This document shows, piece by piece, positions 39,918 through 52,865 of a stretch of 64,000 nucleotides of DNA (the first letter of the stretch is position 1; every line of letters begins with the position of its first letter). The notes under the pieces are model-generated. The model was given only the letters and a program-made list of their open reading frames with translations. It was not told where the DNA came from and searched no databases. Source of the DNA: Felis catus (Eukaryota); contig NC_058368.1 in assembly GCF_018350175.1 (NCBI RefSeq), positions 15,936,001 to 16,000,000 on the forward strand, in the 5' to 3' direction. Made by a program: the position numbers and the translations under genes.

Positions 39918-40136
39918 TTTTTAATTTTTTTTTCAACGTTTATTTATTTTTGGGACAGAGAGAGACAGAGCATGAACAGGGGAGGGGCAGAGAGAGAGGG
40001 AGACACAGAATCGGAAGCAGGCTCCAGGCTCTGAGCCATCAGCCCAGAGCCTGACGCGGGGCTCGAACTCACGGACCGCAAGATCGTGACCTGGCTGAAG
40101 TCGGACGCTTAACCGACTGTGCCACCCAGGCGCCCC
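39918..40136 (-). mobile_element. Young feline Can-SINE
   Basis: Near-consensus, CpG-rich body. TSD aagttct (39911-39917 / 40137-40143). Confidence 0.97.
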
Positions 40137-42157
40137 AAGTTCTATTATTGTCAGTAGCATGTCTGAGCCTAACTTTAAATAGACCAAGTAGGAGCAACCA
40201 CATCTCTGTGCATGCTGCTTTAGGGTATGCAATGACCAGGCAGCCCAGGGTACATCTTAGAAGGTACAGTGAGAACAGAAGGTTGCTGCTCTGACCAAAT
40301 GGGATGTGTTATGCAATCAGAGGAAATTATGAGGACCAGACACTTCCTACCCTTAGCTGATTGGAAATTTAAGTTTTTCTTGTACCTGGAGGCCATATTG
40401 GGAAGAAGGAGTTAGAGGGAAAGCACAAATCTTTCATAAATGAGTAATTATTCTAAATAGATTATTTTCAAATAAAACCACTAGGATACATTTAGCTGGC
40501 AAAGTTGGAGTCAGCTTGAGAGCCAAGATGAAGTAATTTAAAATACAGAAAATTATATGTCTTCGTATCTGAGTATATAGACTAGATTTTAACCCCTTGG
40601 CAATACATGGTAAGACATAGTCTAAAGTTGGTGAAGTATATATATATATTTACTTTAGCTGTGGTAGGCAGGAACTAAAAATTCAGTTCAAGGTTATAAA
40701 AAATATGTACAATCTTACTAACTATGGATTTTACTAACAAAAACTTTTTTTTTTTTTGCCAAATTGAATTTTCATCTGAATAAGTGATACAGACATATTT
40801 GTTTACTGTGAAGTGAATGGTTACAGAAAACATTGCACAGCCTATATCCTTTCCAAAAAAGAATGTACAAACTCTAAGAACACTTGCAGTTTCATACTTA
40901 TTGCTTCCTGTCATTTAAAAAATAAACTTGGAATTTTCTTTGCCCTACCTCCAAAAAAGCTGATAATCTTTCATTGATTTAAATCTTTTAATGTTTCATT
41001 GAATTAAAAAAGGGGAGATTAGAGAAAGCTATATCACCTCCTTACTTGTCTAAGAAATTATCAACATAATAGACAGTCTAAATGAAGATATCAAAGGTCT
41101 TTTGTTTGAGCTCTTCCAGAGAATAGAGAAACGGTTTATATTAGTGGATAAAGGTTTATTGTAAATGTAACCTGTTTATTAAATGACCTGGAGTTAGTGG
41201 CGTACAAATAGGAAATGACTGTCTCCCACCCTTTACTTACTCCCTCACTGGTTCATATATACTTTGCCACATTTCTCTTCCCACTCCTGAATGACAGCTC
41301 AGGAATATCCCATAACCTTTTGTTAACTTTTAGCCCCGAGGATTTTCTTATTTTCAAATAATATACTAAGAACATATTGTACTAAGTAACATACTAAGAA
41401 TATATCCAGTCCAGACTACATTAAAGTTTTAATCTCATACTCGGTTAGAAGATTCTGCCTCTTCACACAGCCTCAACTTCCACTCTTGCCCAGCCAGATT
41501 TGGTGCTCAAGGACTAGTAGTAATTGTTTCTTCATGCCTCTCTTCTTACCACTCCATGTTCTGGTTTAGCCACTGTCTAGACAAAGAGAATCGAGGTTAG
41601 AGGAAAAGGGATAATACCTTTTACTTAGCTGGCACTCTCTTTTCACCCACACTGGCTGAACATGAAGACTTTTTCATGGTAGGAGTGCAAATGCTATCTC
41701 TTCAGTGTGATGTATTCCTAAGTTTTTCTTAAACACCTTTCCTCCCTGACTTCCACCCTAACCCATTCCTTCCCTGATGTAGGCAGTACAGTTTATGGCT
41801 AACATATTATAATACCCTTTCAGATCCAGCCCTGTTGGGTACCTCTTCAGTCTTTTACAGTGGAATTTCCTGCTATCATCCACCTTTTTTAGATACTTCA
41901 GCTACTTTTGGAGGTGTCTACCAGCCTTTTAGCTTTGAGAAGGAAGGAGATATTTAGAAAACTAGGGAGGTACTTAGGCATGACAGAAACTCTTAAAGTA
42001 GATTTAAATTAGCAGCATTGAAAATTACACATTAATTCTTTGGAAACTGAGAAACAAGCCCATTTTAGTCTTTCTGTTTACTTTTCAGTTCTAAGATTGA
42101 AAGATTTCTGTAATTCTATGTCTGTAATTTAAAAACTATACATTCCTTATAGAGAAT

Positions 42158-42240
42158 TGTTGAATTACTATATTGTACACCTGAAACTAATATAGAACTG
42201 TTTGTTAACTATACTGGAATTAAAATAAAGATAAAAAAAA
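42158..42240 (+). mobile_element. L1 3' tip (carnivore/L1MA9-like)
   Basis: tgttgaattactatattgtacacctgaaactaatatag..gttaactatactggaattaaaataaa followed by an A-tail. Confidence 0.8.
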
Positions 42241-43561
42241 TTCTAACAATGCGTGCATGCCAAGGAGAACATTTTGAAAGATTATTCAGTATTACATGGT
42301 ATGTATTAGTAACAGAAGAAATATTGCATGTACCCCATAAATTAGGAATGCTTCAATAAATTACAGCCATTCATTAGATAGAATATTATGTGGCAATTAA
42401 TAGGACAGGTGTATATTTAGTTCCTTGTAAATGATCTCTGAAACCTAATAAATAATAAAAAAGAACAGGTTAGAAGAGCTATATAATTTCATTTTAATCT
42501 GCCTTTAAATCTGTAAAAAAAAAAATAAAAATTATATACATTCCTAAGGGAGTAGAGGAGAAAAATGAAAAAATGGTCTAAAATCTAAAATAATAGCAGG
42601 TAGTCTGTAATTTTTGGAAGAGTGGGAAAGAGTACATTTCTTCGAATCTTAACTCAAGAGATTTTTGACATGTGTACATGAATTTAAAATATTTCTACTT
42701 AATGAATTCACTTTTTAAAAAATTCACCTTTAGATCTTGAAAAATGTAAATAGTAGGTGACATGTGGGTTTAAATAAAGTTAAATTTATTTGACAGAGGG
42801 GTTCACCCCCGTCACTATTATTTCCTTTGAACAATGTTTACTTTTTATCGTATCCTCCTCCAATTCTCTATTTGTTGCCACAAAGCACTTTTGCACATTT
42901 TGTCCCAGAAAATTATGCTCTATAGAATAAGCCTGAAAGAAGAGAATCTATTATACTCAGCTTTGAAGCAGATTCCATGTATGAAACTTTCCTGTGGTAA
43001 AGCCAGATACTAATACAGAGTGATTAAATGACAGAAACGAGAAACACAGAACTTGACCACGTGTATGGTGTTTCTTCTTCCCTGTGGGAATGTATTTAAG
43101 CATCTGATAACTTTTTTGGAAAGAAAATCTTTTACAGTATGAAATTGTTTTTTCATTCTTGTGTAATAGAGCATGTTTACTTGGGCAAGGAATTCTTTTG
43201 AGAAATTCAGACTCCCTAGAACAAAATAAACAAGTTATAAATGAAAATAAATCTACTAAAGTTGCTTTTACTTTTTAAAAATTGTATGCTTTTTTTTGCT
43301 AGCCTTGGAAATATGTATGTATGCGTATATATGTATGTATACATACATACACACATACTATCCTTCATTGTTAAGTGCTTTTGCTTGTGAACATTTTTGC
43401 TTCTAATAAACTTAAACTAGTAGGACATTTTAATATCTACAAAAAGAAATAGTAATTTATGATATTCTATAGCCTGATTTCTTTGAACTTGAACATTATA
43501 TCTAACTCTTTAACACCCACTCCGATGCTGTAATGAAAATAATATTAATTATAACTCAGAT

Positions 43562-43902
43562 CTTTCCTTCCTTCCTTCCTTCCTTCCTTCCTTCCTTCCT
43601 TCCTTCCTTCCTTCCTTCCTTCCTCTTTCTTTCTTTCTTTCTTTATTTCTTTCTTTCTTTCTTTCTTTTTTCTTTCTTTCTTTCTTTCTTTCTTCCTTTC
43701 TTCTTTTAAAGTTTATTTATTTATTTTGAGAGAGTGAGTGCGAGCAGGGAGGGACAGAGAAAGAGGGAGAGAGAATTCCAAACAGGTTCCATGCTGTCCG
43801 TGCAGAGCCCAACTTGGGGGTCGATCCCATGGACTGTGAGATCATGACCTGAGCCAAAATGAAGAGTCAGACCCTTAACCAACTGAGCCACCCAGGCACC
43901 CC
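43562..43902 (-). mobile_element. Can-SINE whose tail is expanded into (GAAA)n(GGAA)n
   Basis: SINE body at 43706-43902 and microsatellite at 43562-43705. TSD taactcagat (43552-43561 / 43903-43912) encloses both. Confidence 0.93.
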
Positions 43903-43914
43903 TAACTCAGATTC

Positions 43915-44150
43915 TTGAATGCTTTCTGTATGCTAAGAGGTTGTCCGTAGCAATTTATGTATATTTAATAATTTAATTTTGACAGCAACTCTATGAAGGA
44001 GATACTAATATTATTTCTGGGTTTTTCAGCTGAGGAAGAGAAGGACTGGAGAAAATTTCTCAGGGTCACTGAGGGAGGTAGTGTGTGACTGAGCCTGGAT
44101 TGGAACCAGGCCACATATTTCCCAATTGCATGTCCTTAAGTTCTACACTA
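43915..44150 (-). mobile_element. MIR
   Basis: acagcaactctatgaagga..tattatt..cagctgaggaa..cagggtcac..gagcctggattggaaccagg. Confidence 0.65.
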
Positions 44151-44627
44151 CACTACACTTAAATTGTAAACTGAGAAGTGGATATCAAAAACGTTCTGAT
44201 CCATCAGAGTCAGTAATAGTCAGTAGGTTTATATTAGGTCTTTTGCTTTAGTTTCCACTTGTTTTCATTGGAATTGATATTTTATTTTGATTGCTTATTG
44301 TTATGGCAACTTTGAGAGGAGGCACACAAGATAAAATGAACTAGAGGAGCACAATTAGAGCAGGGATTGAGAGTTTTCTCAGGGACTGCTAATACCACTG
44401 ATTAAAAATACTTTCTATTCTGACCCACAGAAGTTCTGAGTTGGCAGGTTTGGGATGCGATTTGGTTATCTATCTATATTTTAAATCCCCACTGGAGTTT
44501 GAGTGTGATTTAGATCATGGAATTACAATTCAAAAAATTTTTTTGAGTTGTTACATGGTTACTATTTCAGTTTCTGAACTTTATGATGTTACTTAAACTG
44601 GAATCCAAAGTTTTAAATTTTAACTCA

Positions 44628-44872
44628 TTTTTAAAAAGTTTTTTTTTTAATGTTTATTTATTCTTGAGACAGAGAGAGAGACAGAGAGACAGAGACAGAG
44701 CATGAGTGGGGGAGGGGCAGAGAGAGAGAGAGGGAGACACAGAATCCAAAGCAGGCTCCAGGCTCCGAGCTGTCAGCACAGAGCCTGATGCAGGGCTCGA
44801 ACTCACAAATGTGAGATCATGACCTGAGCCTAAGTCAGACAATGACCTGACTGAGCTACCCAGACACCCCCC
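44628..44872 (-). mobile_element. Feline Can-SINE
   Basis: Full SINE body; TSD not clearly resolved. Confidence 0.95.
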
Positions 44873-45032
44873 AAAAAACAGCTTTTTTTTTAAAGTTTAA
44901 TTAAAGAGATTTATTCTGAGGGTTTTCTATGAAGGAATCAAGATAGTATTGCCCTGGAGAGAGTAATGATTTAATGGAAGTGTACAGTTTTATTTCCTCC
45001 ATTCAAAGCTGCCTTTGTTTTCTTTTCTTTTT

Positions 45033-45247
45033 AAATTTTTTTTTCAATGTTTATTTATTTTTGGGACAGAGAGAGACAGAGCATGAACAGGGGAGGGGCA
45101 GAGAGAGAGGGAGACACAGAATCGGAAACAGGCTCCAGGCTCTGAGCCATCAGCCCAGAGCCCGACGCGGGGCTCGAACTCACGGACCGCGAGATCGTGA
45201 CCTGGCTGAAGTTGGACGCCTAACCGACTGCACCACCCAGGCGCCCC
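45033..45247 (-). mobile_element. Young feline Can-SINE
   Basis: Near-consensus body. TSD ttttcttttcttttt (45018-45032 / 45251-45265). Confidence 0.97.
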
Positions 45248-45265
45248 ATATTTTCTTTTCTTTTT

Positions 45266-45449
45266 AAAAGAAATGTTTATTTAATATTTTGATAGAGAGA
45301 GCATGAATGTGAAGAGGGGTAGAGGCAGAGAGAGGAGAGAGAGAATACCAAGCAGACTCCACGCTGACAGCACAGGGCTCAATCTCACAGCCGGGAGATC
45401 ATGACTTAAGCTGAATCAAGAGCTGGACGCTTAATGGACTGAGCCCCCT
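45266..45449 (-). mobile_element. Older Can-SINE
   Basis: atgtttattt..gagagaataccaagcagactccacgctgacagcac..gagatcatgac..cttaatggactgagcc. Confidence 0.88.
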
Positions 45450-46933
45450 ATTACATACCTACTACAATTGAGGGATTTGTGTAAAGCATATTATTTCTCT
45501 ACTTTTCATTATTATTAAATCAATAGTCATTTTGACTTAGAGAAACAGACTGCTCCTACCTCCTTGTACCGTGCACTTTCTCCCAAGAAAAGAAAAAAAT
45601 CTGCATGATATTTGCATAGGGAGGCAGAGTTACAAGAGCTGAATTCGGGCTGGCAATGGGGAGTTTTGAAACTAAAGTCATTGGTTCAGGAGGCTGCATC
45701 TTTGGGGCAGGAATGAAACCCAATCCACATGGATTACCAAGGCATCATTCCAAATGGTCAGTCTAAGGGGGAACAGAAACTGAAAAACCAGACTGGGATG
45801 AGAGAATATCAAGTTGGGAGAGGAAGCCTGGGACTGAAAGAATTTTCTGAATAGCTGAAAGATTTTTGAAGGTGGATTTTATCAGGTACTGACAAACGTA
45901 GCTTTGGATGAATAGAAAGTCCTGATTTACCTCAGAACTCCATCTAGAGGGTTGTCTCTGAGAAGATGGAGGAGATGAATTGTAATGAATTGTATTGATG
46001 AAAATTACTAACCTTTTATTCGTTTCATATAGAAATCAACCTGTTAAATCACTGTTAAAAGTATAATTGAATAGGATAGTGCTCATATTCATTTATTCAT
46101 ATATATTCATATATTGCTTCCATTCCTTCGTAATAGAGAAGTCAGAAGGTAAATGGTAGTAGCAAGTGAACTTTAAGCCAAAGGAAATTTGTTTTCTGTA
46201 TCATCAATATTTTATTGGTGCAAATGATTTTCACTTTGCAAGGAGGGGCTGTATATGGCCCCCAGAATCTACAATATCTAGTGTTTCCAGGCAGAGAGAG
46301 AACAAATTCTTTCTCCGTTGCCTTATTATTTTTTTTCATTGTAGAACTTGACTACCCACATTAGTTCTGACTGACTTCACCATATTTATCAAACTGCATA
46401 GCATTTGGAAATTTGTACTTACTCTGAAAGAATAAAAGGTTTTAGAACTAAGCCACCTATCTAAGATTACAATGGAGGAAGACTCAAGTGATTTTATGCC
46501 AGTAGTGGGAGAAACATGTAATTAAACAAAACAAAACAAGAAGACAAAGGCCAGAGAAGTCTATAGCAAGGATTTGATTTTGCCAGTAGAAAGCTTAAGA
46601 AGTTCAGACTTAATCTACCAAATTTGATCATAGGATTGGTTTTTCCAATATTCTTTAACTCTGACTGCAATAGAGTTGCATTTTAGGGGGGAAATATGAG
46701 AGTGGAAAAAAATGAGAAACAGTTTGAATTTCCCTAAGTCTCTGTTAACTTAAGAAAAATTGATGCTTTTTTGCTTGATTTGTGTTTTCTGTGTCTTATT
46801 CCTTATTCAGTAGAGATGAAATCATGTACTTTTAATCAATTATTGTTGCTCAAAGAGCTGACATTTCTTTGTACTATTTCAGTTATAATAGCTATTAGCT
46901 CATGTGATTCATAAACTTAAATGTGATTTTTTT

Positions 46934-47152
46934 TTCAACGTTTATTTATTTATTTTTTTTTATTTTTGGGACAGAGAGAGACAGAGCATGAACGGGGGAG
47001 GGGCAGAGAGAGAGGGAGACACAGAATCGGAAACAGGCTCCAGGCTCTGAGCCATCAGCCCAGAGCCTGACGCGGGGCTCGAACTCACGGAGCGCGAGAT
47101 CGTGACCTGGCTGAAGTCGGACGCTTAACCGATTGCGCCACCCAGGCGCCCC
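46934..47152 (-). mobile_element. Young feline Can-SINE
   Basis: Near-consensus body. 16-bp TSD taaatgtgattttttt (46918-46933 / 47153-47168). Confidence 0.98.
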
Positions 47153-48118
47153 TAAATGTGATTTTTTTAAAAAACACTAATTTTGTATATGTTTAAAATT
47201 TTCCAGACATAAAATATAAGAATACATTGCTTATTTTATCAACTTTTCTTAAATTTTGCTTACTTTATTTCATTAGGTCTTGAAGTGGTTCACTAAATAA
47301 ATTTTTTAAAAAAATTTTAATTGCCTGGTGTGAACAGATTTAGATAGAGATTTGCCAAATTTATACAATGTGTTAATAAGACATGTGACTTTAACACACA
47401 TGTGATTACACAATAGATTCTTCAGTTAAGTTACTCAGATTCCAATTACTTATTTGCTTATTTTCTATATAGAATATTTGAATACTGAATAAATGATTTA
47501 GCTGGTAGCTGTTAATTTTTAAAAACCAAATATACTCACTTCTCTTTATTGATTTATCTTCAAATTTTAGTTCTCTTGTTAAAGTTTCACCCTAATGTTG
47601 GCATTTCAGATAAAGTTCTCTCAGGTTCCATCAGTGTGGGGAAATAGCAGCCTATGATTCAGAGATTTGAAATAATTTGAAAAGGAAAATACAATAAAGG
47701 TGTTTTAGAAAGGATTCTGTTTCCCAAGAAGTAGCATCAGCTCTCATAGGAGACCAATTTTGATATGTGATTCTGGGAGTTATTTCTAAGGAAAAGCTTT
47801 ATTGATTCTGCTCTTTGTGATGTGAATGAAGAAGTTATGGTTGACTATAGTAATTGGGCCTGATTAGCAATGTGATACGTGGATGCTTTCCTAATGAGTT
47901 CTACTAAAAATAGGCCTGAAGCTCAGGAGATCTTTAGAGTGACTAGAGTGTACTGCACGTCCAGTTATAAAAGCTAACAGATAACAATAGGCAAAATCAT
48001 CAAGAATTAAAAACCCTCAGAAAATAATGCTTGGATCATCCAATAAATAAGGAACACTGACTGGCTTAGATGTTCTAAAGTTGTTTCTTATAACTTGGTA
48101 TTTAAAAATATCATGTGA

Positions 48119-48597
48119 GGGGTTCTGACTCAAGATGGCAATGTAGGAGGATCTTGAACTCAATTCCCATAGACACAATGAATCTGTAACTACATATACA
48201 GATTTCCTTTGAAAGAAACCCAAAAACAAGCCAAGCAACTCCTACACATGGAGTGAATGAGAAAAAAACCCACATCAAAGTGGATAGGAAAGTCTGACAC
48301 AATCTTGCTTTAACCCTCACCCCTGGTACAGTGGCCCATAATCAGGAGAAACTCACATCCAGTTTTCTCCATGAGGCATGAAGGGTTTGAATCCTACCAC
48401 TGATGCCCCAACTTTTAAGACCCGCATCTGAGAAACGAGTCTGCAAAACACCTAATGTTAAAAGCCAACAGGCTTGCTTCTATGAGACTCAACAACGGTA
48501 TAGCAAACTGAGAAACTGAGAAACAGTTTTTAAAGACCCACACAGACTGACTTAGCTACTAATATAATGTTATATGTCAATTATATTTCAATTAAAA
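48119..48597 (+). mobile_element. L1 5'UTR (~440 bp) joined directly to an L1 3' terminus (internally deleted or chimeric L1)
   Basis: Starts ggggttctgactcaagatggcaatgtaggaggatc (YY1-type AAGATGGC L1 start). Ends actaatataatgttatatgtcaattatatttcaattaaaaa (L1 3' tip). Flanks atcatgtga / atcatatga. Confidence 0.72.
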
Positions 48598-49532
48598 ATC
48601 ATATGAAAGGATCTGAATTGCAATAAATGAATTCAATACTTTAGAATTGATTAAATTTAACAACATATTTGGGTTTGCTTTTTTAAAGATCTTTTTTTAG
48701 AGCAGTTTAGGGTCACAGAAAAATGAAGGTGAAGGTATAGAGATTTCCCATGCAGTGCCTGTCCCTCACCTGCATAGCCTCCCCCATTATCAACATTGAC
48801 CACCAGAATAGTACATTTGTTATAACTGATGAGCCTACATTGGTACATCACAATTACCCAAGGTCCATAGTTTACATTTGGTTCACTTTTGGTCTTGTAC
48901 ATTCTATGGGTTTAGACAAATGTGTAATGATGTGTGTCCATCATTATAGTATCATACAGAGTATTTTTGGTGCCCTAAAAGTGTTTTGCACACTCACTAT
49001 TCATCTCTCCCTCTCTTTTTCATCCACTGGCAACCACTTGTGGTTTTGCCAGCTTTGCCTTTTCCAGAACATTATATGGTTGGGGACATACAGTATGTAG
49101 CCTTTTCAGATTGGTTTCTTTTACTTGGTAATATACATTTAAGTTTCTTCAGTGTATTTTCATGAGCTGATATTTCAGTTCTTTTTAGTACTGATCAATA
49201 TTTCATTGTCTGGATGTAACACAGTTTGTTTATTCACTCACTAAAAGAAGAACTTCTTTGTTGGCTCCAAGTTTTGGCAGTTATGATAGAGTTGCTATAG
49301 CATCTGTCTGCAGGTTATTGTGTGGACATAAGTTTTGAACTCCTTTGTATAAATACCAAGGACTGCAATTGCTGGGTCATATGGTGAGAATATATTTAGA
49401 TTTGTAAGGAACTGTCAAACTGTCTTCCAGCATACTGTACTATTTTGCATTCCCACCAGCCATGAATGGGACTCCGTATTGATTCAGATCATCACCAACA
49501 TTTGGTGGGGTTGACTTTCTGGTTATGGCCAT

Positions 49533-49535
<3 letters not shown>

Positions 49536-49563
<28 letters not shown>

Positions 49564-49748
49564 GGGACAGAGAGAGACAGAGCATGAACGGGGGAGGGGC
49601 AGAGAGAGAGGGAGACACAGAATCGGAAACAGGCTCCAGGCTCTGAGCCATCAGCCCAGAGCCTGACGCGGGGCTCGAACTCACAGACTGCGAGATCGTG
49701 ACCTGGCTGAAGTCAGACGCTTAACCGACTGCGCCACCCAGGCGCCCC
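49536..49748 (-). mobile_element. Young feline Can-SINE with a pure poly(A) tail
   Basis: 29 consecutive T (49535-49563). TSD tgg(t/a)tatggccattct (49520-49535 / 49749-49764). Confidence 0.98.
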
Positions 49749-51334
49749 TGGATATGGCCATTCTATAGGTGTGTAGTTTTATCTTATTGTTCCTTTAATT
49801 TTCATTTCCCTCCTGACCTGTAAGGTGGAGCATCTTTTCATATGCTTGTTTGCCATCTCTAGATCTTTGGTGAGATATCTGTGAAGATCTTGGCCCACTT
49901 TTAAACCAAGTTTTGTTGTTGTTGTTGAGTTTTTAAGTGTTCTTTGTTTATTTTAGGTAAGAGTCCTTTATCAGATATGTCTTTTGCAAATATTTTCTCC
50001 CAGTCTGTGGCTTGTTTCTCATTCTCTTGTCGGTTTTTTTTTTTTTTCCACAGAGCAGAAGATTTAAATTTAAGGCAGTCAAGCTTATCGAGTTTCTTCC
50101 ATGGATCATACCTTTGGTATTGTGTCTAAAGTGCCATCACCATATTCAAGGTCATCTAGGTTTTCTCCTATGTTTTCTTCTAGGAATTTTGTAGTTTTGT
50201 GTTTCACATTTAGGTCTGTGATCCATTTTGAGTTAATTTTTGTTAAGGATATAAGGTCTGTGTCTAGATTTATTATTTTTTTCCCAACGTGGATGTCCAA
50301 TTGTTCCAGAAATGTTTGTTGAAGAGACTATCTTGGCTCCATTGTATTGTCTTCTCTCCCTTGTTGCAGATCAATTGACTATGATTTATGAGGGTCTATT
50401 TCTAGACTCTCTGTTCTCTTCTATTGATCTATTTGTTTATTCTTTTATCAATACCACACTGTGTTGATTACTGTAACTTAATAATTCTTAAAGTTGAGTA
50501 GTATAACTCCTCCAACTTTGTTCTTTTCCTTCAATATTATTTGTCTATTGTGAGTCTTTTGCCTCTTCATGTACACTTTAGAATAAGTTTGTTGATATCC
50601 ACAAAATAAGTTGCTGGAATTTTGACTGAGATTTCATTGAATATATTAATCAGGTTGGTAATAACTGACATCTTGACAATATTAGTCTTCCTATCCATGA
50701 ACATGAAATATTTTCCCATTTGTTCAGTTCTTTGATTTTGTTCATCAGAGTTTTTCATTTTTCTTATGTAGATTTTGTACGTATTTTGTTAGGTTTATAC
50801 CTAGATATTTGTGTTTGGGTGTGCTAATGTAGATGATACTGTGCTTTTGATTTCAAATTCCTCTTGTTCATTGCTGATATATAGGAAAGAGATTGACTTC
50901 TGTGTTTTAAACTTATATCCTGCAACCTTGCTATCTATAAGTGTTTATTAGTTCCAGGAGTTTTCTTTTGTCAATTCTTTCAGAATTTCTACATAGATTT
51001 TTATGTCATCTGTGAACAAAAAGAGTTTTATTTTTTCCATCCAAGTTTGCGTATGTTTATTTTCCTTTTATTGTCTTTTTGTGTTAGATAACACTTAGAG
51101 TATGATGTTGAAAAGAATGCTGAGAGAGGACATCCTTGCTTTATTTCTGATCTTAATGGGAAGGCTTGGAGTTTTTCACCAGTAAGTATGATGTTTGCTG
51201 TAGGTGTTCGCACAGATATTTTTTTATCAAGTTGAGGAAATTTCTCTTTATTCCTAGTTTGCTGAGAGTTTATTTTATTAATGAATGTTGGATTTGTAAT
51301 TTTTTTAATGCATCTACGGAAATGATAATGTGAC

Positions 51335-51381
<47 letters not shown>

Positions 51382-51400
51382 TTTCTTTCTTTTCTTTCTT
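51335..51400. repeat. (TTTC)n microsatellite
   Basis: Seen directly. Confidence 0.95.
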
Positions 51401-51979
51401 GTCGATGTGATAGATTACATCAAGTGATTTTTGAAAGTTGAATCAGCCTGTACACCTGGGAAAAATCCCACTGGGTCGTGGTGTATAATTCTTTAATCCA
51501 TTGTTGGATTCAACTTGCTAGGATTTTGTTGTGGATTTTTGTATCTATGTTTATGAGAGATATTGGTCTTTAGTGTTATTTTTTGTAATACCTTCGTCTA
51601 GTTTTGGTATTAGGGAATGCTGCCTTCATTGAATGAATTAGAAAGTATTTTCTTTGCTTATATTCTGAAAAAAAATTATAGAGAATTTATATGATTTATT
51701 TCTTAAACATTTAATAGAATTCACCAGCAAACCCAAATGGGCATATTGCATTCTGTTTTAGAGGTTATTATTTGCTGGTTCAATTTCATTAAGATATGAC
51801 TCTTCACGTAATTTTTTTATATAAGCTCCTTCAGATGTCTGTTTCTTCTTGTGTGAGTTTTGGCACATTGTGTCTTTTAAGGAGTTGGCCCATTTCATCT
51901 AGGTTATCAAATTTGTGAGCACAGAGTTGTTCAGAGCATTACTTTATTATCTTGTTGATGTCCATGGGATCTATAGTTA

Positions 51980-52860
51980 TTAAAGAACTACATTTTTAGA
52001 TGAATCCTGCATCATTCTGGATCTCTAAGAGAATGTAATAAGTAGACTTCCCTTCATGACTCATACTGTATGTAATGTTTGTAGGAAATAAACTTTTACT
52101 TTGTTAAAAGTAATTGAGATTTGGGGCTGTTTGTTACTTCACATAATGTAGCCTATCCATCTGATGCTGAAATTAGTTTCTGAGAGTGTGATACTGGCTG
52201 TATCAGAAACATGAAATAGAGAACATTGTCTCAGGGTCTGTTGTAGTGCAGCAAAGAAACTGTTATTGGAGGCTGGAAAGATGGTGACACATTTGGCAAA
52301 ACAGTAGCTTATGGTCACTGAGGAAGCAGATATTGTACTAAATGAATTTGTAGTCTTGGAAATCAGGAAGAGAAGTGAAATGTTGGTGCTTTATGTTGGT
52401 TGATGTTATCTTCTTTTGGCAAGACATGAGACAGGCTAAAAAAAATCAGCAAATTCAAGGCAGCAATTAAGGAAAGTAGAGGCAATCTATAAATTCATGG
52501 ACTTGAAAAGTTGGATGAAATAACTCCTTATTCCCAAATAGTAAAATTTAAACCTTGAATAACAAAACTCGAGTCTTGCAGTGAGAATCATATCAAGTTC
52601 AAGGGAAAGTTCCAGTGTGGTGGCACTTAGTAAATCCTTTCATTGGACAAAAATGTCTTAGGGAAAAGAAACAGTGATTTTCTTGGAGCAAGCCAGTAGA
52701 TCCAGATTATCTGCAAATATTCAGAGAGGAAAGTAGAGAGAGGGAATCATGGGGGTGACAAACAAAGAAGGGTACCAAATGTAAGAAGTTATGTTTAGAA
52801 CAGAATTATAGATATTATCTATTAACACACATCCCTGACTAGAATAAGACGGATAAGAAG
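51980..52860 (+). mobile_element. MaLR LTR 3' part plus start of MLT1 internal region
   Basis: gaaataaacttttactttgttaa..tgagatttggggctgtttgttac LTR end, followed by gaaattagtttctgagagtg..ttattggaggctggaaagatggtgac MLT1-int-like sequence. Confidence 0.65.
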
Positions 52861-52865
52861 TCAGT

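Larger units (their letters stand above)
48690..51975 (-). mobile_element. L1MC1-like LINE, ~3.1 kb, interrupted by a SINE and (TTTC)n
   Basis: tttttagagcagtttagggtcacagaaaaa..cccccattatcaacat 3'UTR. Minus-strand ORFs 50106..50300 (TKINSKWITDLNVK..FLEENIGENL) and 51028..51213 (ANIILTGEKLQAFPLRSEIKQGCPLS) are L1 ORF2/RT fragments. Confidence 0.95.
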
